Shown here one piece after another: positions 18,896 to 32,134 of a stretch of DNA of 64,000 bases. Numbering within the stretch: position 1 is the stretch's first letter; every line of letters starts with the position of its first letter. The notes beneath the pieces were generated by a model that was given only the letters and a program-made list of their open reading frames with translations, was not told the DNA's origin and searched no databases. The stretch is from Macrostomum lignano (taxonomy: Eukaryota), in contig NIVC01001771.1 in assembly GCA_002269645.1 (NCBI GenBank), forward strand, positions 124,001 to 188,000. The letters run 5' to 3'. A program made the position numbers and the translations under genes.

Positions 18896-21800
18896 TCAGT
18901 AGCCGGGCGGGACGCGCCTGGCCAACTTCTCGGCGAATCGCTTCAGCTCGGCCACGCCGGCCGCCTCGAGTTGCGAGCGCCGCTCGGCCTCGGCCTGAGC
19001 TTCGGCGGCCTCAGCGATGGCCGCCTCTCCGGTGAGCTCGTCGGCCATCTGCTCGGCACGGTCCTGATCCAGCGGCACGAACAGGCCCTTCACGCCCGCC
19101 ATGCGCACCAGGAACATCGTCAGCGGCTGCCGGCTCGGCGGCAGCGGCGGCGGCGGCGGAGGTGGCGGCGGTGGCGGCGGTGGCAGCATCGATGACAGGT
19201 CGGCGGTTTCGCTGAACTTTTCTCGCCCAGATCCGTCCTCCTCCTCCTCTTTCTCCTCGCCAGGGAAGTTGTCGTCCCTGACGGGCTCCTCGGCCCAGCC
19301 TTCAAAGAGACCGCCGGCGTCATTGTTGTCGTAGTCATCGACGTCGACGGCCGGTTCGGCCCGCTCCTCGGCGGCCGCCTCGGGATCGGCGCCGTCGCGA
19401 TCGTCGGCGGCCAGCCGGATGTTGCCTTCGGCGTCTTCGACGTAGCCGCCGACTGGCTGGCTGGCCAGCATGGCGGCCAGCTGCCGGTACTCCTCCGGGC
19501 TGAATTCGACCAGGTCGCGTTTTCGACGGCGCCGACGCGCGGCTGGCATGCCGGACTCCATGGCGCCGAGTAGCAGGCTGCGGCGCATGCGCAGCACGGC
19601 CGCTTTGGCCTCGGAGGGCGGCAGGGCGGCTCGCTTGCTGGCTGGCGGTGGGGCGACGGCGGAGCCTGGCCGGGCGGCGCCGATGGATGGGGAGAAACTT
19701 CGAGTTGAAGTTGGAGTCATTTCCAAGAATTCAAAATCATTTCCCAGAATTCAAAATCATTTCCCAGAATTCAAAATCATTTCCCAGAATTCAAAATCAT
19801 TTCCCAGAATTCAAAATCATTTCCCAGAATTCAAAATCATTTCCCAGAATTCAAAATCATTTCCCAGAATTCAAAATCATTTCCCAGAATTCAAAATCAT
19901 TTCCAAGAATTCAAAATCATTTCCAAGAATTCAAAATCATTTCCAAGAATTCAAAATCATTTCCCAGAATTCAAAATCATTTCCCGGAATTCAAAATCAT
20001 TTCCAAGAATTCAAAATCATTTCCCAGAATTCAAAATCATTTCCAAGAATTCAAAATCATTTCCCAGAATTCAAAATCATTTCACGGAATTCAAAATCAT
20101 TTCCCGGAATTCAAAATCATTTCCCAGAATTCAAAATCATTTCCCGGAATTCAAAATCATTTCCCGGAATTCAAAATCATATCCCGGAATTCAAAATCAT
20201 TTCCTGGAATTCCAAATAATTTCCTGGAATTCAAAATCATTTCCTGGAATTCAAAATCATTTCCCGGAATTAAAAATCATTTCCTGGAATTCAAAATCAT
20301 TTCCCGGAATTAAAAATCATTTCCCGGAATTCCAAATAATTTCCCGGAATTCAAAATCATTACTTGAATTTCAAATCGGTTCCAAAAGTTAAAAAAATAT
20401 TTTCCAGAGTTCAGAATAATTTTCCGGAGTTCAAAATCATTTTCAAGAACTTTAAAAAAAACCTTTCCAGAATTCGAAGTTTTAAATTAAAACAAAATCA
20501 CTTTTTAAAATTGAAGCTTTTTCATTGCAAAATATTTTCTCTTTGCCGAAATCACATGTCACAAGCAGCTACAAACCTGAACTAAATATCTTATATTATT
20601 CGGATATTATTTTGCATTTTGTTGGCCAAATAAGCACGATTTTCACAGATTTTCACAAACAGGTGCAATCGAGAATATTCGGCAATAATTATTGTCAAAT
20701 AATTATTAATCCACTCGATCGGGAAAGCACACCTGTGCGCAAGACTTTGGAAGGAAAATATTGCTTTCACACCTCATTAGCTTCTTTTTTGTTTCTACCC
20801 GGTGCACCTGCAGTCGTTGAGTATTTTTTAAATAAGAAATACAAATTGACCATCGCCCCACTGCCCGGCCACGCCTGACCAACCTGGCTAATGAAGGTCG
20901 GGGGGGGGGCTCTCTTTGCATTTTAACAAATCTCCTTTTTCCTAGAAATTTCTGTTCGGACAAATTTGACTTGGGAGAGTTGGAGAGGGAGAGGGAATCA
21001 GAGAGATTGGGTACTCAAAACTGTATATTGGGAAAATAATGAGCCAGACTAGAAAGGGAGACAGAGGGAGACAGAGAAGGAGACAGAGAGGGAGACAGAG
21101 AGGGAGACAGAGGGAGACAGAGAGGGAGACAGAGGGAGACAGAGGGAGACAGAGGGAGACAGAGAGGGAGACAGAGGGAGACAGAGGGAGACAGAGGGAG
21201 ACAGAGGGAGACAGAGAGAGAGAGAGACAGAGAGGGAGACAGAGGGAGACAGAGAGAGAGACAGAGAGGGAGACAGAGAGGGAGACAGAGAGGGAGACAG
21301 AGGGAGACAGAGAGGGAGACAGAGGGAGACAGAGAGGGAGACAGAGGGAGACAGAGGGAGACAGAGAGAGAGACAGAGAGGGAGACAGAGAGGGAGACAG
21401 AGAGGGAGACAGAGAGGGAGACAGAGAGGGAGACAGAGAGGGGGACAGAGAGGGAGACAGAGGGAGACAGAGGGAGACAGAGAGAGAGAGACAGAGAGGG
21501 AGACAGAGAGGGAGACAGAGAGGGAGACAGAGGGAGACAGAGGGGGACAGAGAAGGAGACATAGATGCAGGCAGAGCGATGCCCCAGCCGACATCAGCCC
21601 AGCCCCAGCCAGACAGGCATCTGCACGCAGTCTCAGCTCAACTTTCAAAGGGATTTCCACGGCCAAGCCGCTGTTCTATGAAAGGCGATATGTTGGAATC
21701 ACAGCCAGTCAGAATGCAGTGAAGCGAGCTTTGCAATTTACGTGACAGTCGAGCAGCTTTGAGCTACAAAAAACGTCAGGGTCGGATTGTCAAAATGCCG

Positions 21801-24800
21801 CATGATGAAAATGGCTTGTTTTGAAAAATCCTAACCTGCTCCTAGAGGCATTTGAGCAGGGTTTTTACTTTCAGTCAACTGAGAGAAGAGAAACCTGTTC
21901 AAGCGTGCAGCTGACTGGTTGCTACCCTGGTTAGGGATATTTCATTTTTATTGTCTAGAAAACTGACAAAGGGGTTTAGTTTCTGTACTTCCTGCACTTA
22001 TGCTCGGGAGAATCGCCTCAAAAAGATGAAGCATCTCTTTAAAAAATAATGTTCTTCATCTGCAGAATGGCACTGGCTCACTTTGCTTTTATAGAATGTC
22101 ACTCGTACAATGTATTACTCGTACAATGTCACTCTATTACAGAATGTCACTCTTTATTACAGAATGTCACTCTTTATTACAGAATGTCACTCTTTATTAC
22201 GGAATGTCACTCTTTATTAAGGAATGTCACTCTTTATTACAGAATGTCACTCTTTATTAAGGAATGTCACTCTTTATTACGGAATGTCACTCTTTATTAC
22301 GGAATGTCACTCTTTATAACAGAATGTCACTCTTTATTACGGAATGTCACTCTTTATTACGGAATGTCACTCTTTATAACAGAATGTCACTCTTTATTAC
22401 GGAATGTCACTCTTTATTACGGAATGTCACTCTTTATAACAGAATGTCACTCTTTATTACGGAATGTCACTCTTTATTACGGAATGTCACTCTTTATAAC
22501 AGAATGTCACTCTTTATTACGGAATGTCACTCTTTATTACGGAATGTCACTCTTTATAACAGAATGTCACTCTTTATTACGGAATGTCACTCTTTATAAC
22601 AGAATGTCACTCTTTATTACGGAATGTCACTCTTTATTACGGAATGTCACTCTTTATAACAGAATGTCACTCTTTATTAAGGAATATCACTCTTTATAAC
22701 AGAATGTCACTCTTTATTACGGAATGTCACTCTTTATTACGGAATGTCACTCTTTATTACGGAATGTCACTCTTTATAACAGAATGTCACTCTTTATTAC
22801 GGAATGTCACTCTTTATTACGGAATGTCACTCTTTATTACGGAATGTCACTCTTTATTACGGAATGTCACTCTTTATTACGGAATGTCACTCTTTAATAC
22901 AAAATGTCACTCTTTATTACAAAATATCACTCTTTATTACAAAATGTCACTCTTTATTACAAATTGTCACACTCTCACTCCACTAATACTAAACCAACAG
23001 AAAATCTTACTAAGCCAGACAAGAGGAGTTCTGCATCTTCATCTGTCACAATTGCACACATTTCTCTCCCAGCATCTCTTCCCAACTCAGGCCAGACACA
23101 TTAGGTATAGGGGGGGGGGTGCACAAATGCAAATATGCGGCAACACTGGAGCAGATGGGCAGCCCTGGATGAAAAAAGATGCCCCATCAAATTCACCGCC
23201 ATCTGGAGCTCGATCACGGCTTTTCCGACAGCCCCTCAGTTTTCCCGACTTCATGAATCCCCCACATTTTGCGCTCCCGGAATTCTTCTGCAGTTGTCAA
23301 AAATTAAAAGGATTTGGGCTGAATTCCCTCCATACTTTGGGTGTTAGAACTCCGCGGCTACATCCTGCAGTTCACCTCTCCAGTTTCTGTCTCTAGAACT
23401 CCGCGGCTACATCCTGCAGTTCACCTCTCCAGTTTCTGTCTCTAGAACTCCGTGGCTACATCCTGCAGTTCACCTCTCCAGTTTCTGTCTCTAGAACTCC
23501 GCGGCTACATCCTGCAGTTCACCTCTCCAGTTTCTGTCTCTAGAACTCCGTGGCTTAATCCCGCAGTTCACCTCTCCAGTTTCTGTCTCTAGAACTCCGC
23601 GGCTACATCCTGCAGTTCACCTCTCCAGTTTCTGTCTCTAGAACTCCATGGCTTAATCCTGCAGTTCACCTCTCCAGTTTCTGTCTCTAGAACTCCATGG
23701 CTTAATCCCGCACTTCACCTCTCCAGTTTCTGTCTCTAGAACTCCGTGGCTTAATCCCGCACTTCACCTCTCCAGTTTCTGTCTCTAAGCACTCCATGGC
23801 TTAAGCTTAAGCATCAATCAGCTCTGCAATGAGAAAGAGGAAACAGGAAGGAGATGGGACAGGCCAGGAACAGGAAGCCCACGACGCTCAACTCAGGATT
23901 TCAGTGGCATCCAGGCAGTGGGGAGCGATGGATTGAAAGGGAAGAGAGAAGTGGGAGCAAAGCAGAGTAGCAAACAGGATTGGGGATGATCCGAAATGGC
24001 CAGTTTCGGTCCCTTTCCACATTTGACACAGCGATTTCATCTTTGTGTACAAGCTCCTGCCTTTAAGTACATTTGATTTTACACTTATTAATATGCGTCC
24101 ACAGCCCAATATTCTGTACTATTTATCGTAAACTGGTCGGCACACAAAAAGACAGATCGTTAGACATGAATTTTGCCCTGGATACTCAGATTTGAGCAAC
24201 TCCTCTGCCTATGTATTCCTACGTATGGATGTCTCACTCCCACTCTCCGAGACTCTCACCCCCAGACTCCCACTCTCCGAGATTCTCACCCCCAGACTCC
24301 CACTCTCCGAGACTCTCACCCCAGACTCCCACTCTCCGAGATTCTCAACCTCCAGACTCCCACTCTCCGAGACTCTCACCCTCCAGACTCCCACTCTCCG
24401 AGACTCTCACCCCCAGACTCCCACTCTCCGAGACTCTCACCCCAGAATCCCACTCTCCCAGAATCCCACTCTCCCAGACTCTCACTTTCCCAGACTCTCA
24501 TTCTCCCAGACTCTCACTCTCCGAGACTCTCACTCTCCCAGACTCCCGATCTCCCAGATTCCCGATCTCCCAGACTCTCACTCTCCCAGGCTCCCGATCT
24601 CCCAGACTCCCGCTCTTCCAGACTGCCCCTCTCCCAGACTGCCCCTCTCCCAGACTGCCGCTCTTCCAGACTGCCACTCTCTCAGACTCTCACCCCAGAC
24701 TGCCGCTCTCCCAGACTGCCGCTCTCCCAGACTGCCACTCTCCCAGACTGCCGCTCTCCCAGACTGCCGCTCTCTCAGACTCTCACCCAGACTGCCCCTC

Positions 24801-27800
24801 TCCCAGACTGCCCCTCTCCCAGACTGCCGCTCTCCCAGACTCCCGATCTCCCAGACTCCCGATCTCCCAGACTCCCAATCTCCCAGACTGCCCCTCTCCC
24901 AGACTGCCGCTCTCTCAGACTCTCACCCAGACTGCCCCTCTCCCAGACTGCCCCTCTCCCAGACTGCCCCTCTCCCAGACTGCCGCTCTTCCAGACTGCC
25001 ACTCTCTCAGACTCTCACCCCAGACTGCCGCTCTCCCAGACTGCCGCTCTCCTAGACTGCCACTCTCCCAGACTGCCGCTCTCTCAGACTCTCACCCCAG
25101 ACTGCCGCTCTCCCAGACTGCCGCTCTCCCAGACTGCCCCTCTCCCAGACTGCCCCGCTCCCAGACTGCCCCTCTCCCAGACTGCCGCTCTCTCAGACTC
25201 TCACCCAGACTGCCCCTCTCCCAGACTGCCCCTCTCCCAGACTGCCCCTCTCCCAGACTGCCGCTCTTCCAGACTGCCACTCTCTCAGACTCTCACCCCA
25301 GACTGCCGCTCTCCCAGACTGCCGCTCTCCTAGACTGCCACTCTCCCAGACTGCCGCTCTCCCAGACTGCCGCTCTCTCAGACTCTCACCCCAGACTGCC
25401 GCTCTCCCAGACTGCCGCTCTCCCAGACTGCCCCTCTCCCAGACTGCCCCGCTCCCAGACTGCCGCTCTTCCAGACTGCCACTCTCTCAGACTCTCACCC
25501 CAGACTGCCGCTCTCCCAGACTGCCGCTCTCCTAGACTGCCACTCTCCCAGACTGACGCTCTCCCAGACTGCCGCTCTCTCAGACTCTCACCCAGACTGC
25601 CCCTCTCCCAGACTGCCCCTCTCCCAGACTGCCGCTCTCCCAGACTGCCGCTCTCCCAGACTGCCGCTCTCCCAGACTGCCCCTCTCCCAGACTGCCACT
25701 CTCTCAGACTCTCACCCCAGACTGCCGCTCTCCCAGACTGCCGCTCTCCTAGACTGCCACTCTCCCAGACTGCCGCTCTCCCAGACTGCCGCTCTCCCAG
25801 ACTGCCGCTCTCCCAGACTGCCGCTCTCTCAGACTCTCACCCCAGACTGCCGCTCTCCCAGACTGCCCCTCTCCCAGACTGCCGCTCTCCCAGACTGCCC
25901 CTCTCCCAGACTGCCGCTCTCCCAGACTGCCCCTCTCCCAGACTGCCACTCTCCCAGACTGCCGCTCTTCCAGACTGCCACTCTCTCAGACTCTCACCCC
26001 AGACTGCCGCTCTCCCAGACTGCCGCTCTCCTAGACTGCCACTCTCCCAGACTGCCGCTCTCCCAGACTGCCGCTCTCTCAGACTCTCACCCAGACTGCC
26101 CCTCTCCCAGACTGCCCCTCTCCCAGACTGCCGCTCTCCCAGACTGCCGCTCTCCCAGACTGCCGCTCTCCCAGACTGCCCCTCTCCCAGACTGCCACTC
26201 TCCCAGACTGCCCCTCTCCCAGACTGCCGCTCTCCCAGACTGCCGCTCTCTCAGACTCTCACCCCAGACTGCCGCTCTCCCAGACTGCCGCTCTCCCAGA
26301 CTGCCGCTCTCCCAGACTGCCGCTCTCCCAGACTGCCGCTCTCCCAGACTGCCCCTCTCCCAGACTCCCGATCTCCCAGACTCCCGCTCTCCCAAAACAT
26401 GAACCCCTGAACGCTTACCCGGCATGGCCCGGACTTCGTCCTTCATCTGGCTGAAAGTCCGCTTAACGCTCGCCTTGCCCAGACGGAGAGTCAGAGACTT
26501 CCTCTCGGCCTCTGTCATGGACTCCAGCAGGTGGTGGAACATCTCCTTCAGGTCCTGACGGCTTGGCCCAGTCTCGTATCGCTCCTTAGGCTGCTGCTGC
26601 TGCTTGGCGTGCTGCATTGCCGCTTCGTGGTGCTTTGCCAGCTCCTGCTTTTCATCCCGGTTCTGCTGTGCAGTCTTGCTTCCAGAAGCCTTCGCCGCTG
26701 CAGCCGCGGCCGCCGCAGCCTTGAGCTGCTGCTCGCCAGACAGCTCGGGCTTTGATAGGCTGGACTCCAGCTCATCCTCCAGACTGCCTGCGCATTCATG
26801 TTAGCGATCGGAGCAGATGTCAGTTTGTGATGTACTTTTAATTTTATTCGTGAAGTGTATTGGGTTACCCCAGCCCATCATCATAGTTTCTATAGTTCAT
26901 GCGAGGGTTCAGTAAGGTTTTATTTTTAAAAAGCTATGCTCATAAGTCATTAATTTGCTGGGAGAAGAAAATGAGCAGTGCGACATGATCAATGAGCAGT
27001 GTGACATGATCAATGAGCAGTTTGACATGATCAATGAGCAGTGTGACATGATCAATGAGCAATTTGACATGATCAATGAGCAGTGTGACATGATCAATGA
27101 GCAATTTGACATGATCAATGAGCAGTGTGACATGATTAATGAGCAATTTGACATGATCAATGAGCAGTGTGACATGATTAATGAGCAATTTGACATGATC
27201 AATCAATGAGCAGTGAGTCATGATCAATCAATGAGCAGTGAGCCATGATCAATAAATCAATGAGCAGTGAGTCATGATCAATCAATGATCAGTGAGTCAT
27301 GATCAATCAATGAGCAGTGAGTCATGATCAATCAATGAGCAGTGAGTCATGATCAATCAATGAGCAGTGAGTCATGATCAATCAATGATCAATGATCAAA
27401 GCAGACCAGAGCAGAAACCCTGCATGTCCTGATTTTTAAGTCAACAACGATCTCATCAACTGAAGATACCCGCATTTAACTTATTTCAAGGCTTCCTCGG
27501 TGTTCCCTCACGAACCGCTAAATGCTGGTACTACGAGCGGGAGGCGCGGTAATGCTTTTGGCGAAACCTCAAAGAGAACTAATTAGCTCGGAGCGAAGCG
27601 CTATCGACCGCCCGCCCCCTCTTCAGATTCAGACAAAGCAGGCAATTTAGAAGTGCAAACGGCTGCCTTCCACCGTAAACATTACTTTCCTGTCCTTGTT
27701 TGGGGAGGAAAATTTTCCTCACTGAACTAATTAAGAAAACTTCTCTGTGAAAAGCGCAGCCTGGTAACGAGGGGATAAAAATTATAGGTACAGTATTTAC

Positions 27801-28581
27801 ATTATTACGAGTACTTGCGGGTTTAGTCTATGAAAATTCTAATAAAACTGGGGCTACACTTTTTTCAACTCACTTAAGTAAGCCCATTCCCTGTCCCCAC
27901 CCCTGTCCCCACCCCTGTCCCCACACCTGTCCCCACCCCTGTCCCCACACCTGTCCCCACCCCTGTCCCCACCCCTGTCCCAAACCTGTCCCCACACCTG
28001 TCCCCACCACTGTCCCCACCACTGTCCCCACCCCTGTCCCACCCCTGTCCCCACCCCTGTCCCCACACCTGTCCCCACCCCTATCCCCACCCTTGCACCC
28101 CCTATGCCCAACCCTATCCTCACCCCTGTCCACATCCCTGTCCCCACCCCTGTCCCACCCCTGTCCCCACCCCTGTCCCCACCCCTGTCCCCACCCCTGT
28201 CCCCACCCCTGTCCCACCCCTGTCCCCACCCTTTCCCTGTCCCACCCCTGTCCCCACCCCTGTCCCCACCCCTGTCCCCACCCCTGTCCCCACCCCTGTC
28301 CCCACCCCTGTCCCCACCCCTGTCCCCACCCCTGTCCCCACCCCTGTCCCCACCCCTGTCCCCACCCCTGTCCCCACCCCTGTCCCCACCCCTGTCCCCA
28401 CCCCTGTCCCCACCCCTGTCCCCACCCCTGTCCCCACCCCTGTCCCCACCCCTGTCCCCACCCCTGTCCCCACCCCTGTCAAAACCCCTGTCCCCACCCC
28501 CAACTCACTGGACCGGTCAGCCTGGACCAGCAGCAGGGCAGCGGCCAGGACCGTCAGAGACAGACAGCCGGCGAGTTGCAT
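18896..28581 (-). CDS. Unknown secreted precursor-like protein, ~403 aa; exons 28509-28581, 26419-26787, 18896-19665
   Basis: Exon 1 encodes the signal-peptide-like [24 protein letters not shown] with a phase-1 GTGAGT donor. Exon 2 (369 nt) is phase 1-1 with gcgcag / GTAAGC sites. Exon 3 enters at phase 1 (cggccag|GC; least certain site). The total is 1212 nt, in frame, with GC-rich codons. Confidence 0.65.
19716..20362. repeat. 20-bp minisatellite (tttcccagaattcaaaatca)n
   Basis: ~32 copies, degenerating at the right end. Confidence 0.97.
21053..21560. repeat. GA-rich 10/12-bp repeat (gagggagaca / gagagggagaca)
   Basis: Direct inspection. Confidence 0.95.
22088..22965. repeat. 20-bp minisatellite (gaatgtcactctttattacg)n
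   Basis: ~43 copies; a ttataaca variant recurs every third unit in the middle. Confidence 0.97.
23345..23790. repeat. 49-bp minisatellite
   Basis: tagaactccgcggctacatcctgcagttcacctctccagtttctgtctc restarts at 23345, 23394 and onward; ~9 copies. Confidence 0.97.
24232..26395. repeat. 16-bp C-rich minisatellite (cccagactgccgctct)n with interspersed ctctcagactctcacc variants
   Basis: ~2.1-kb array ending ~25 nt from the donor at 26418. Confidence 0.97.
26965..27395. repeat. Compound 21-bp then 25-bp minisatellite
   Basis: aatgagcagtgtgacatgatc repeats to ~27200, then aatcaatgagcagtgagtcatgatc. Confidence 0.95.
27889..28500. repeat. 12-bp minisatellite (cccctgtcccca)n
   Basis: ~50 copies, abutting the donor at 28508. 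Confidence 0.97.
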
Positions 28582-28869
28582 TGCTGCCGAGTAGCAGTTC
28601 AGTTGTTCAAAATAATTATAATTGGCACCTGGAAGGTAGGAATGGGACGATGTTGAGCCGATTTGAGCAGCGCTCTCGGGTACCAAAATGATGAAAAAAT
28701 GAGAGAAGATGAGCTCAGCCTCGTCCCAGCATCATCTACGGAGATTCATTTTGTCTGGATTCATTTTTTGGAGAAGATGGATGGCCCTCTCCCCCAAGTA
28801 AAAATTTATAGCTCGTAGGGCTCCTTCCCTAAAGCAGCTTTGGCTTCCTTCCCCCAGATAAATTAAAAA

Positions 28870-29640
28870 TGACACCCCTTCAACAAATGGCGACCCCTCA
28901 AATAAAATGGCACCCCTTGAACAAATGGCATTCCCTCAACAAATGGCATTCCCTCAACAACTGGCATTCCCTCAACAACTGGCAATCCCTCAACAACAGG
29001 CATTCCCTCAACAAATGGCATTTCCTCAACAACTGGCATTCCCTCAACAAATGGCATTTCCTCAACAAATGGCAGTCCCTCAACAAATGGCATTGCCTGA
29101 ACAACTGGCATTCCCTCAACAAATGGCATTTCCTCAACAAATGGCATTCCCTCAACAAATGGCATTTCCTCAACAAATGGCATTGCCTCAACAACTGGCA
29201 TTCCCTTAACACATGGTATTCCCTCAACAAATGGCATTGCCTCAACAACTGACATTCCCTTAACACATGGTATTCCCTCAACAAATGGCATTGCATCAAC
29301 AACTGGCATTCCCTCAACAAATGGCATTGCCTCAACAACTGGCATTGCCTCAACAAATGGCATTCCCTCAACAAATGGCATTGCCTCAACAACTGACATT
29401 CCCTTAACACATGGTATTCCCTCAACAAATGGCATTGCATCAACAACTGGCATTCCCTCAACAACTGGCATTCCCTCAACAACTGGCATTGCCTCAACAA
29501 ATGGCATTCCCTCAACAAATGGCATTCCCTCAACAACTGGCATTCCCTCAACAAATGACATTGCCTCAACAAATGGCATTGCCTCAACAAATGGCACCCC
29601 GTCAACAAATGGCACTCCATAAAAACAAAATGGCAACCCG
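28870..29640. repeat. 18-bp minisatellite (caacaaatggcattccct)n
   Basis: ~40 copies; the QQMAFP frame is interrupted by TAA codons. Confidence 0.95.
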
Positions 29641-30629
29641 TCAAAATAAGAATTCCTGGTCTAGCCCAAGGCTTAGAGTCTCGAGCACAAGCATGCCTCA
29701 CCTGAGTAGCCAACTCAAACTCCGCTCTCAGCTACCTGCGTCACCACGTGGCACCGCGCACAGATCTTCGTCTGCTGCTTCTAGCTCAAAGAAGCTGCTC
29801 CTGTTTCTGCTTGACACCGGTCACCCCCTGGCTCTTAGCGACAGCGAGAGAGAGAGAGAGAGAGAGAGACCGAACGCAGCCAGGGCTCCGCAGCTGCCTG
29901 CCCTGTCCTTATCCCTATGCTGACACCCCCTGCTTGCCTCTGCCCTGCTCGCCTTCGGCTCTCCTTCCTAACCCACTCCGCCATCGTCTCAGCGAGATTT
30001 GCTGAGCCCAGCTGTCTGCCTTCCCCTCTGCCCTCCCTTCAAGCCCTCCTGTCCGCCTCTCAGTTCATCAGTCATAGCAACAAAGTCTGCCCCTGTAGTT
30101 TATTCTCCATCTCTCAACCCCCCCCCCCAGCCCAGCCCCTGTCTTCCCTGCCTATATCCTCGCCATTGCGGTTAAATACACGGGACAGTTCGGGAGAGAC
30201 TGAGGGCGGGATAGGGGAGAGAGAGAGAGAGGGAGAGAGGATTAGGAGCCGCGCTGACCAATCAAAGGCCTTTCTTGCCCTCTCTCTCTCTCCCACACTG
30301 CTCACAACTCCCTCATCAGTCGGGAGAGTACATCGCTAATTCCAAACGGACGGGCGATGATGTATTTGGTTAGTTTTTATCCATCATAGCAACCCCCTGG
30401 TCAGACGTAAACGGATGTACAAATCGAAAAAAACTGGCGGGCCGAAAGCTGCCCTACACAACCCCCCCCCCTTACTCAAAGCTTTCAGGCTTGAAAAAAG
30501 AAAATGGGGAGAGAGCTTAAAGAAAAATGAATACATTATTGCTGCTGCTGCCCGCAGATTGGGGTTAGGAGACGAACCGGGCCGAGAATTCGAAATGCCT
30601 CGTCTCCTGTTTGAGCTGCATGCAGCTGC

Positions 30630-31730
30630 AGTACCTGTAGTGATTGTAGTGAGTGCCAGTTACAGCACCTGTAGTGATTGTAGTGAGTGCCAGTTACAGC
30701 ACCTGTAGTGATTGTAGCGAGTGCCAGTTACAGCACCTGTAGTGATTGTAGCGAGTGCCAGTTACAGCACCTGTAGTGATTGTAGCGAGTGCCAGTTACA
30801 GCACCTGTAGTGATTGTAGCGAGTGCCAGTTACAGCACCTGTAGTGATTGTAGCGAGTGCCAGTTACAGCACCTGTAGTGATTGTAGCGAGTGCCAGTTA
30901 CAGCACCTGTAGTGATTGTAGCGAGTGCCAGTTACAGCACCTGTAGTGATTGTAGCGAGTGCCAGTTACAGCACCTGTAGTGATTGTAGCGAGTGCCAGT
31001 TACAGCACCTGTAATATATGCAATGAGTTCTAGTTACAGCATCTGTAATATCTTCAATGAGTTCCAGCTACAGCATCTGTAATATCTGCAAGGAGTTCCA
31101 GTTACAGCATCTGTAATATCTGCAATGAGTTCCAGCTACAGCATCTGTAATATCTGCAATGAGTTCCAGTTACAGCATCTGTAATATCTGCAATGAGTTC
31201 CAGTTACAGCATCTGTAATATCTGCAATGAGTTCCAGTTACAGCATCTGTAATACCTGCAATGAGTTCCAGGTACAGCATCTGTAATATCTGCAATGAGT
31301 TCCAGTTACAGCATCTGTATTATATGCAATGAGTTCCAGTTACAGCATATGTAATATCTGCAATGAGTTCCAGTTACAGCATCTGTAATATCTGCAAGGA
31401 GTTCCAGTTACAGCATCTGTAATATCTGCAATGAGTTCCAGTTACAGCATCTGTAATAATTGCTGTGAGTTCCAGCTACAGCATCTGTAATATCTGCAAT
31501 GAGTTCCAGTTACAGCATCTGTAATAATTGCTGTGAGTTCCAGCTACAGCATCTGTAATACCTGCAATGAGTTCCAGCTACAGCATCTGTAACATCTGCA
31601 ATGAGTTCCAGTTACAGCATCTGTAATATCTGCAATGAGTTCCAGTTACAGCATCTGTAATATCTGCAATGAGTTCCAGTTACAGCATCTGTAATATCTG
31701 CAATGAGTTCCAGTTACAGCATCTGTAAGA
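30630..31730. repeat. 34-bp minisatellite with two sub-arrays
   Basis: gagtgccagttacagcacctgtagtgattgtagc repeats to ~31010, then gagttccagttacagcatctgtaatatctgcaat. Confidence 0.97.
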
Positions 31731-32134
31731 ACAGCCGGTTGTACAAAGGCATCATAAAAAAGCAATACTTAAATGCAACTGACAAACTCCATATCAAACC
31801 ATGCTTACACACGATCTAATGCGGTGTAAACAAAAATTCAGAGTTTTCTGGCTGCCATTAATATTCCTATCTGGCCAAACTTACCTGTGTAGGTCACGCA
31901 CACAGACGCGAGTTGGCAGGTCTCATTCCGGCTAATCCCAATAACCAACAGGTCATCAGTCGGAAATTAATTTAATGTTATAATCGTCATGTAGGGATTC
32001 CTGACTGCCTGTCTGCGTGACTTCGATAAATAGCAAATTTTTAAATTAAATTCAGAATTTTAATTAAAAAAATTAATAAACCTTCTGAACCAATTATCGA
32101 ATTAAAATCAAGAGATTTAATCAATCGAAACATC

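Noticed and set aside
21778-21930. Possible hAT TIR pair (cagggtcgga / gctaccctg)
   Set aside because: Only 6 bp match and there is no TSD.
24173-26400. Long SPRLPLSQT ORFs
   Set aside because: Translations of a 16-bp intronic minisatellite that cycle through frames.
28863-29923. QQMAFP / EGMPFV repeat ORFs that look like gliadin or adhesive-protein repeats
   Set aside because: An 18-bp unit gives ORFs on both strands; the Q-rich frame has TAA stops, and there is no signal peptide or splice support.
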